Source: a virus (taxonomy: Duplodnaviria; Caudoviricetes). Taken from it: 30,417 bases of DNA. The position numbers were made by a program, and so were the translations under genes. The notes beneath the pieces are model-generated. The model saw only the letters and a program-made list of their open reading frames with translations. It was not told where the DNA came from and ran no database searches. The stretch spans positions 1 through 30,417 of IMG/VR virus record IMGVR_UViG_3300032335_000635; one strand, written 5' to 3'. This document shows, one piece after another, positions 15,618 through 22,068 of this stretch (position 1 is the first letter of the stretch; each line of letters begins with the position of its first letter).

Positions 15618-15881
15618 TCAGGCGATCCCGCAGGCCGTTTGAATCATGCTGCGGATGGCGTCGGTCTTGTATGCGGCCATGGCAGCCTCAACCGTTGAAA
15701 ACCGCTTGCCCATTCCACGCCAGGCACGATTCATGGCGTTCTGCACCACGACTTGCGCGTAGTTGGTTGCGCCACGGCAAACCACCACCAACGCTGCGTG
15801 CTTGCCGCACTGCATCTCGACGTACAGGTAGTCGTTCCCGAGGGCGGTCTGGCGGCTGGTCTCGGTGATCATGGCGTCCAT
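15618..15881 (-). CDS. hypothetical protein (MDAMITE...)
   Basis: GGGAG RBS; first gene after the promoter at 15933-15961. Confidence 0.7.
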   Translation of the reverse strand: MDAMITETSRQTALGNDYLYVEMQCGKHAALVVVCRGATNYAQVVVQNAMNRAWRGMGKRFSTVEAAMAAYKTDAIRSMIQTACGIA

Positions 15882-15932
15882 CTTTCGTCTCCCGGTTTGC
15901 GTTGCGTCAGGTCTCATGTGCCTGACGTGATT

Positions 15933-15961
15933 ACTGTAGGGTATCGGTAGTTAGGCGTCAA
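15933..15961 (-). promoter_or_regulatory. sigma70-like promoter with a TACCGATA site in the spacer
   Basis: TTGACG-17-TACAGT with an upstream A-tract; shares AACTACCGATA with the 15353-15397 promoter. Confidence 0.7.
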
Positions 15962-16007
15962 GGGGATGAATCGGGATTTTTTTGGGGCGTTTTCTGCGGG
16001 GAAAACG

Positions 16008-16277
16008 CTACTTCTTCCGCTTCGCCTTCTTCCGCTGTGCGGCAGGACGCTTGGCGAGGTGCCGTTTGGCGTTGGCCCTGGTGGTCAAGGCTTCTCGAGC
16101 TTCCCGGCAGGCGTCGGCCGGGATCAGCCAAATACGCTCACCGAACCGCCGGCCACGCAGCTTTCCCTCGCGGAGCAGCATGCGGACCCAACCCTCGGTG
16201 CAGCCGATCGCGTCCACGGCCTCAGAGACCGTGAGGTATTCGCCGCCGTCGATCTTTTGCGGGCTCATCGTGACCAT
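16008..16277 (-). CDS. excisionase-like HTH (HTH_17/MerR-type) DNA-binding protein
   Basis: YLTVSEAVDAIGCTEGWVRMLLREGKLRGRRFGERIWLIP; divergent from the integrase. Confidence 0.85.
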   Translation of the reverse strand: MVTMSPQKIDGGEYLTVSEAVDAIGCTEGWVRMLLREGKLRGRRFGERIWLIPADACREAREALTTRANAKRHLAKRPAAQRKKAKRKK

Positions 16278-16284
16278 CCCTCAG

Positions 16285-16312
16285 ATACTACCGGCAGCCG
16301 TCAGTTGGTCAA
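16285..16312 (-). promoter_or_regulatory. sigma70-like promoter, leaderless, for the HTH gene
   Basis: TTGACC-16-TAGTAT, then 7 nt (CTGAGGG) to the ATG. Confidence 0.6.
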
Positions 16313-16378
16313 CCTGGCCGGATTTGCCGTCCCGGCGCAGCCCGCCGTACCATACTGAACAGACCAAACAGCGGAGGG

Positions 16379-16413
16379 CATGGTGGTTGTACGTTTGTAC
16401 ACCATGCTACACT
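16379..16413 (+). promoter_or_regulatory. palindrome overlapping the extended -10 promoter of the integrase
   Basis: CATGGTG...CACCATG with inner TGTAC/GTACA; TGcTACACT at 16405-16413. Confidence 0.45.
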
Positions 16414-16438
16414 CCGCATTCAAAAGGGAGGATTTGAA

Positions 16439-17326
16439 ATGCTGCTGAGGGACTTTCTGAATGACCGTTACGCGGTGCTCCACAACCTGAAGCCGCGCAC
16501 CGTTGAGATCTTCGGACACTCTATCGACCGGCTGCGGGACTTTCTCGGGCGCGAGCCTGAACTAGCTGATTTTGACGATTTGACCATCGGCAAGTTCCTG
16601 CGGTGGCGGGCCGTCACGCCGCACCGTGGGCGGATTTGTGCCGCCGCCAGCGTTGCCAAAGATAAGGCCCACCTGGTCAGCCTGTGGAACGCTGCCGCCC
16701 GCAAGCGGCTTGTGGAGGTGTTCCCAGACCTGCCACGTGGCATCGTCAAGGTGCCGCACCGCTCGCCGTCTGCTTACACCGTGGACGAGATCAGCCGCAT
16801 GGTGCAGCAGGCCAGGCGGCGGTCAGGGCTGATCGGCCCGTGCCCGGCTCCGTGGTTCTGGACAACGCTGCTGATGTCGAACTGGTACACGGGCGAGCGG
16901 ATCGGGTCGCACCTCGAGACGCGGTGGGAGCAGGTCGACACGGCCCGCCGCACGATCACGTTTCTCTCCGAGCACCGCAAGGGGCTCGGGCGAACGATTA
17001 CACGGGCGATCACGCCGCAGCTGGCGTCCATGCTCCAGGCCGGGCGGCGAGCCTCTGACGATCTTGTGTGGCCCTGGACAGACCACAGGGCAGCGAACTC
17101 CATCTACCAGCGGATTAGGTACATCTGCCGGTCAGCGGGCGTGAAGCCGCGAGGCTTCCATGCAATTCGCAAAGCGGCCGGGTCGTACCTGAAGGCTGCC
17201 GGAGGTGATGCCACGGAGTTCCTGACGCACAAAGACTCAAAGACGACGCGGGATCACTACCTAGATCCCAAGATCGTTGGCGAGGCGTCGGCCCTGGACT
17301 TCCTGCCACCGCTCGACATTGGATGA
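16439..17326 (+). CDS. tyrosine integrase no. 1
   Basis: WYTGERIGS (R), HRKG (K), FHAIRK (HxxR), LTH and TTRDHY (Y); GGGAGG RBS. Confidence 0.9.
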   Translation: MLLRDFLNDRYAVLHNLKPRTVEIFGHSIDRLRDFLGREPELADFDDLTIGKFLRWRAVTPHRGRICAAASVAKDKAHLVSLWNAAARKRLVEVFPDLPRGIVKVPHRSPSAYTVDEISRMVQQARRRSGLIGPCPAPWFWTTLLMSNWYTGERIGSHLETRWEQVDTARRTITFLSEHRKGLGRTITRAITPQLASMLQAGRRASDDLVWPWTDHRAANSIYQRIRYICRSAGVKPRGFHAIRKAAGSYLKAAGGDATEFLTHKDSKTTRDHYLDPKIVGEASALDFLPPLDIG

Positions 17327-17403
17327 TCCGCCGGAAACGTCTACCGCTTGAAGCCTAGAGCGTCCCGGCCTTACTGTGGGCCATCACCCTGAAAGGAGTG
17401 GCA

Positions 17404-17622
17404 ATGCGTCTACTGTGTTCGTTTCTGATGCTCGCCGGCCTGGGGGCCGTGGCCAGCTCGGCGTTGCCGTCGGCCGGCGAGTCGGTCGCAAAGTGTGTCG
17501 GTGCCGATCCGTGCTTAGCCTGCAAGAGTTGCGAGAAGTGCTCGCACTGCCGTGGTGGCAAGACGTGCGGCGCGTGCAAGAAGCCCGAAAAGAAGACTAT
17601 GGCACAGGCGACTTGTTACTGA
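17404..17622 (+). CDS. small exported Cys-rich protein (72 aa)
   Basis: GAAAGGAG RBS; signal peptide MRLLCSFLMLAGLGAVASSA; C-x5-CxxCxxCxxCxxC-x5-CxxC. Confidence 0.75.
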   Translation: MRLLCSFLMLAGLGAVASSALPSAGESVAKCVGADPCLACKSCEKCSHCRGGKTCGACKKPEKKTMAQATCY

Positions 17623-17632
17623 GCCCAAGCAA

Positions 17633-17682
17633 GCGGGGAGGCGACGCGGGGGAAAGGGAGACCCTGCGCCGCCTCGACCCGC
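17633..17682. terminator. long GC-rich hairpin between convergent genes
   Basis: GCGGG-GAGGCG-CGCGGGG pairs with CCCTGCG-CGCCTC-CCCGC; no U-tract. Confidence 0.45.
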
Positions 17683-17690
17683 CGCCCGGC

Positions 17691-17867
17691 TCATGAGTCC
17701 ACTCGCCGAGCCCGCTCCACGGCGAGCTCGCCCTTCGTGCGGCTCAGCTCGGCCAGCAGACGCATGACGTGGGCCGCCAGCGTGCCGCTCGTGCCCGTGT
17801 ACGCCCCGGAGAACTTGCGGGCGTCAAACTCGCACTGCTGTAGGTAGGCGTCACTCAGCGGTTCCAT
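17691..17867 (-). CDS. small hypothetical protein (MEPLSDAYLQQCE...)
   Basis: GAGGAG RBS; last gene of the late operon. Confidence 0.7.
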   Translation of the reverse strand: MEPLSDAYLQQCEFDARKFSGAYTGTSGTLAAHVMRLLAELSRTKGELAVERARRVDS

Positions 17868-18225
17868 CACGCTCCTCACGGTGCAGCAGCAGTGCCAGGA
17901 GCGAGTAGCTGGCGAGGTCGAAAAGGTTGTCCTCGAGGCTCTCATTCTCAAGCCGGCCAGTGGCGTTGTAGGCAGCCAGCCTCGTTACCTTGTCTGACAG
18001 GCGAACCATCGCACCTTTCCACGACGGGATGCCGACGAACCGCGCCCCGTTGCGAATGTTTGCCAGCGGATCTTCGCCGCTCGGGCAGCCATAGTCTCGG
18101 CTTTTTTTCCGGTGCATCTCCTTGAGCGCGTCGCACAGGTCGAAGAACGCCTGGCTAGTCGGGTGAACGTCTTCCGCCAGGAGCGAGTCGCCGAGGCATC
18201 GCCCCTCACAATATGCCGCTGTCAT
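17851..18225 (-). CDS. Nmad1/DUF1599-like nucleotide-modification-associated protein
   Basis: KKSRDYG...DPLANI...VRLSDKVTRL...ESLEDNLFDLASYSLL signature. Confidence 0.75.
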   Translation of the reverse strand: MTAAYCEGRCLGDSLLAEDVHPTSQAFFDLCDALKEMHRKKSRDYGCPSGEDPLANIRNGARFVGIPSWKGAMVRLSDKVTRLAAYNATGRLENESLEDNLFDLASYSLLALLLHREERDGTAE

Positions 18226-19301
18226 TTGGTTCCCTTTCGTAAGTCTCTGTCGCAGTAGATCGGCATGGCCTTTGTGACTTCGTGCCGGCCGTGGTCAATG
18301 ACGATGGCCGCTTGGCACGGTGGCTCGTAGGCCGCCTTGATCCGAGTAGCGTAGGCCGAGTGTCCAATCACGCTGCCGTTCGCCACGTAGCGCCCCGCAC
18401 GCAACCACTGGAACTGATGCCAGTGTCCGAAGCAGGTTAGGTCGGCACGCTCGATGGCATCCCACGCACCGATCGCCTTATTCGTCGGGATCGTGATGCC
18501 GCCGATACCGCCGCCGTACTTCACGGCGTGGCCGTGATGGAACCGCACACGGAAGCCATCAAGATCGACGTAGTTCAAGTATCCGGTGCCGATCTGCCAG
18601 CGGACGTTCTTGCGGGCCTCGGCCGCAGCCATCGTCAGATACAGGTGCTGCTCAAACGAATGATCCATCTCGGTTCCCACTCGCAGCTTTTCCGTTGACC
18701 GACCGTGGTTGCCGCTGTTCGTAGCCACCACCACTTCGCGGGCCGCGTCAGCCACCTGGTCGATGAAGGCACGCATGATGCCGCCGATGAACCGGCACGC
18801 AGAGAGCGGGGCCAACTGCGCCATCTCGGCCGTATCTGGGTGGATATGGCCCGAGATCAGATCCCCACCCAGCCACACCACCACACGGTCAATCTTGGCC
18901 AGCTGCCGCTCGTGCTCGAGCAGGACGAAGAACCGCTCCTGCAGCTCGGCCATGCGTTGCTCGCACACGTCGAGATCGTAGGAGTTTAGGCCGTTGACTG
19001 TCTCAGGGTCCACCCGCTCTTCGCAGTGAATATCCGAGAGCAGCACCACCATCGTGGCGTCGTGTGGCTTGGCCTTTGCCGACTTGCTGGCTGGCCGCTT
19101 CGTGGCCGTGATGCCAGCCAGACCGGCGATAGCGTCGGCCCTCGCTCGTTCGGCGTCGATCGCCTGCAGCGCCGCCTTGTAGCGGCTCTTCAACGTGGCC
19201 ACTTCGGCACGCAGCCTGGCGAGCTCGGCATCTGCGGCCAGCTGCGTCGCCGCGTCCATTCGGCTCGCCACGTCTTCGACTAGCGTTTTCCGTTTAGCCA
19301 C
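18222..19301 (-). CDS. calcineurin-like metallophosphoesterase with N-terminal coiled coil
   Basis: LLSDIH, LGGDLISG, SGNHGR, HHGH and GHWHQ motifs; GTG start MAKRKTL. Confidence 0.88.
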   Translation of the reverse strand: MAKRKTLVEDVASRMDAATQLAADAELARLRAEVATLKSRYKAALQAIDAERARADAIAGLAGITATKRPASKSAKAKPHDATMVVLLSDIHCEERVDPETVNGLNSYDLDVCEQRMAELQERFFVLLEHERQLAKIDRVVVWLGGDLISGHIHPDTAEMAQLAPLSACRFIGGIMRAFIDQVADAAREVVVATNSGNHGRSTEKLRVGTEMDHSFEQHLYLTMAAAEARKNVRWQIGTGYLNYVDLDGFRVRFHHGHAVKYGGGIGGITIPTNKAIGAWDAIERADLTCFGHWHQFQWLRAGRYVANGSVIGHSAYATRIKAAYEPPCQAAIVIDHGRHEVTKAMPIYCDRDLRKGTK

Positions 19302-19534
19302 GCGATCACTCCGTTGACGCCAGCCGTGTCCCAACCGCGCTCGCGTGCGGCTGCCATGATCGCTTCGCAGTAGGCCCGCTTCTGATGCACGTTCGGATCG
19401 AACGCCTGCCGAACGGCATCGAGCTCGGCCTGCGCGTCTTGCGGCAGGCGGTCAAACCACGTCTTGAATCCCGGCCGCCGGTTTGCTGTGCGAGACAGCA
19501 CGTCATCGAGCAGGCTTGCTTTTGCCTTTGCCAC
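19280..19534 (-). CDS. hypothetical protein (MAKAKASLLDDV...)
   Basis: AAGGGAG RBS before a GTG start. Confidence 0.7.
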   Translation of the reverse strand: MAKAKASLLDDVLSRTANRRPGFKTWFDRLPQDAQAELDAVRQAFDPNVHQKRAYCEAIMAAARERGWDTAGVNGVIAWLNGKR

Positions 19535-19694
19535 GCTTGGCTCCCTTCGTGGGCTTGGCGGCATCGCGCCGCAGAACCATGTTCCCGTCGTCGTCCAAGA
19601 TGCCGAGGCCCGTTGGCTCGTCGTCCTCGAAGTCGAGCTCGGCGAGATTAGGACGCTGGGCCTTCGGCTGCGGCTTGCTCGGCTTCTTTGGCAC
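19503..19694 (-). CDS. small charged protein (MPKKPSKPQ...DFEDDE...)
   Basis: GGAGG RBS 6 nt before a GTG start; overlaps both neighbours. Confidence 0.55.
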   Translation of the reverse strand: MPKKPSKPQPKAQRPNLAELDFEDDEPTGLGILDDDGNMVLRRDAAKPTKGAKRGKGKSKPAR

Positions 19695-20091
19695 GACGGG
19701 CCTCCGCTTTGCGGGCGTTGTGGATCGCACGCTTCACGAGCAACCTAGCGGCGATGTCAACAAACGGCAGGCCGCGCTCCTCGGCAGCTTCCCGCAGGAA
19801 GCCAATGATCTCGGCCATGCCCTCGGGCGACTCGCACCAGTCGCAGCCCTTTGCGTCCATGTAGGCGGCGCGGGATGTGCATTTACAGTCAGGCGTGGCG
19901 ACGATACGGAAGGGCCAGCCGGCGAGCAGTGCTTTGAGTTCTGCGCCTGGGCCGGCAGTTGGTTTTGGTGCTGGCGCATTGCGCAAACACTTGCATTCAC
20001 ACAAGTGAGGCAAAGTAGAGCTTTTGCACGCCACGCCGCAAGCACGGCACACGTATGAATCACCAAATCTTTCTAATCCCCTAACGATCAT
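19648..20091 (-). CDS. Cys-containing hypothetical protein (GPGAELKALL...CKC...GCDWC)
   Basis: ATGA overlap with the 20088-20660 gene. Confidence 0.75.
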   Translation of the reverse strand: MIVRGLERFGDSYVCRACGVACKSSTLPHLCECKCLRNAPAPKPTAGPGAELKALLAGWPFRIVATPDCKCTSRAAYMDAKGCDWCESPEGMAEIIGFLREAAEERGLPFVDIAARLLVKRAIHNARKAEARRAKEAEQAAAEGPAS

Positions 20092-20660
20092 AGATATACG
20101 ATTGTAATGGAATTTATGGTGAATGTCGCGCCGCCGCACTCCAATTCGGACGAACTCCAGGAACTTCCCGAGCCATGACTGATATTTCCATTACGTCTGT
20201 CCCATGAACTAGACGCCGTGTCTGTAACGCAACAATTTCCAGCTTCATTGTTTTCGCTCTGCAAAACAACATTTGCGCTCACGCCAGACACCCCAGTGTC
20301 GCTGCACAAGATGTTACGAAATGGCGATCCGCAACAGCTGCCAGAACTTGCATTACTGAACCACTGGCGAACAAAACTGAAAACAAAACGATAGGCAGTT
20401 TCTATATTTACGAACCCAAATGAACTGTTGCAGGTCATTGCGCAATTGGCTCGCAACACGCATCCGCTGCTGCTTGTAATGTTTTGATTGACGACACGCC
20501 AGCCGTTGGCAGCATTTAAAATAAATGCATGATTCCACGTTGCCGGGCAAGCGTCGACCACAAGGGTTACGTTAACGGCCACATAATCAACGTTACACGA
20601 GGAACTGGGGCCAAACTGCCCAGAACTGCAACTGCATTGCTTGCTGCAACAACACGCCAT
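20088..20660 (-). CDS. Cys/Ser-rich tail-associated protein in an AT-richer segment; candidate receptor-binding module
   Basis: MACCCSKQCSC N-terminus; last of the distal tail genes; composition visibly lower in GC than the flanks. Confidence 0.7.
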   Translation of the reverse strand: MACCCSKQCSCSSGQFGPSSSCNVDYVAVNVTLVVDACPATWNHAFILNAANGWRVVNQNITSSSGCVLRANCAMTCNSSFGFVNIETAYRFVFSFVRQWFSNASSGSCCGSPFRNILCSDTGVSGVSANVVLQSENNEAGNCCVTDTASSSWDRRNGNISHGSGSSWSSSELECGGATFTINSITIVYL

Positions 20661-20662
20661 GC

Positions 20663-21184
20663 CTACACCTTAAGCCGCAGGAAGGTAGAGGTAAACGTGG
20701 CCGAAACAATCGTGACCGAACTTGTCACAAGCGTCTTGCCAATACTGATAGTGCAGGCAGACGTGTTTAGCGAAGCCGACAGCATCACGTCTGTCATAAC
20801 CGACGTGGACGATGTAGCCCCTACAAAAACCGCCGTGGCCGTCTCAAAGGGCACGTCAATCAAAAACCACGCCGTGCCGTCCTTGGCTATCGCACAGTCG
20901 CCGGCCGCAGCCGTTTTCGCGATCGGATAGAACAGGTTCATCGCCGACGCGGTGTTCGGCGTCGCGGTTTGATACTTGAACGTGACAACCTTTTCGACGC
21001 CGGTCGGCCATGCGCCCGTGAAAGTGCAGACGCGGAAAATCTTTCTGTTGCGGAAAAAATCTTCGCGGGCAAACGACAGCGGCTTGGCGGCCGGTGACGC
21101 GAGCTCAGCCGCGCGCACCACGTTGGCGATCCGCTCGGCGCTCTCTAGCGTGAATTGCGTTGGGTCGCGCGGGCTTGCCATCAC
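20663..21184 (-). CDS. putative distal tail / tail-tip protein
   Basis: Synteny; Thr/Ser-rich, beta-strand-like C-terminus. Confidence 0.65.
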   Translation of the reverse strand: MMASPRDPTQFTLESAERIANVVRAAELASPAAKPLSFAREDFFRNRKIFRVCTFTGAWPTGVEKVVTFKYQTATPNTASAMNLFYPIAKTAAAGDCAIAKDGTAWFLIDVPFETATAVFVGATSSTSVMTDVMLSASLNTSACTISIGKTLVTSSVTIVSATFTSTFLRLKV

Positions 21185-22068
21185 GGCGTCCCGAATGTGG
21201 AAAAGTCTGCCCGTGGGTTGACGCGTCGCGTCAGGATCGCGGGAGCGCCAAGGGTCTGGCCGCCGCTGCCATCAAGGCCGACAGGGTTTGGGCTGGCGAT
21301 CCATTCGCCGTTCTGAAAGTCAAACACCATCGCTCGGCGCTTTTCGCCGCCAGCAATGAAGTTGAAGCCCACGTCGGGCAGCAAAAGATTGTGCCCAGAC
21401 TGACGAAAGGCCAGCGTCGCGGTCGTGGCGAAGTACGTCACCAAAGAGTTGCTGAACTCCTCAGTGACAGATGAAGCGTCGATGCCGACAACCTTCACGG
21501 TGTCCTGCCCGCACCCAAGAAACGACGATGAGTTGACGTGATTCTGGAGCGACAGCCATGCGCTGGGGTAGGTGGCGAAATTCTTCGTGACCTTGATTTG
21601 CACCAGGCTCTCTTCGGTCGTAAGGCCTGGGAAATAATCGTACGCGCTGTTAGTCAGCGGCGCGTCAGGGGGCCACGTCGTGTTCGAGTTGTAATACGCC
21701 AAGGCAGGCACGCTGCCGGGCCGCGACTCAAAAGCCCACGTGGAAGGCCGCGAGGTAGGCGTCAGCAACTCGGCAGAAGTCACGACGCTGTATTCGGCAG
21801 TCACCTCCAACGCGTACGGGTTGTCCTCGAACCGCTCGTTTACCGAAACCTTTCGCAGCCGCAGTGCGGTATGCACCGGGTGATACGCACCGAACGAGTT
21901 GCCGGCCGTGGCTGTCATGATGTCGGTGATGCCTGGCGGCCCGCCGGCCGTCAGCGTGTCATCGCTCAGCATGCACACCCAGCGACGATTGGCCGTGCCG
22001 CCGGTCGAGCCCACTTCGTTCTCGAAGGTGCGGGCAAGTTCTTTTGTTGCGACGATTGTGCCTGGCAT
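21181..22068 (-). CDS. putative tail protein following the tape measure
   Basis: Synteny (TGATG-coupled to the tape measure gene). Confidence 0.7.
   Translation of the reverse strand: MPGTIVATKELARTFENEVGSTGGTANRRWVCMLSDDTLTAGGPPGITDIMTATAGNSFGAYHPVHTALRLRKVSVNERFEDNPYALEVTAEYSVVTSAELLTPTSRPSTWAFESRPGSVPALAYYNSNTTWPPDAPLTNSAYDYFPGLTTEESLVQIKVTKNFATYPSAWLSLQNHVNSSSFLGCGQDTVKVVGIDASSVTEEFSNSLVTYFATTATLAFRQSGHNLLLPDVGFNFIAGGEKRRAMVFDFQNGEWIASPNPVGLDGSGGQTLGAPAILTRRVNPRADFSTFGTP

Noticed and set aside
20088-20660. Diversity-generating retroelement target
   Set aside because: No reverse transcriptase and no template/variable repeat pair seen in the window.
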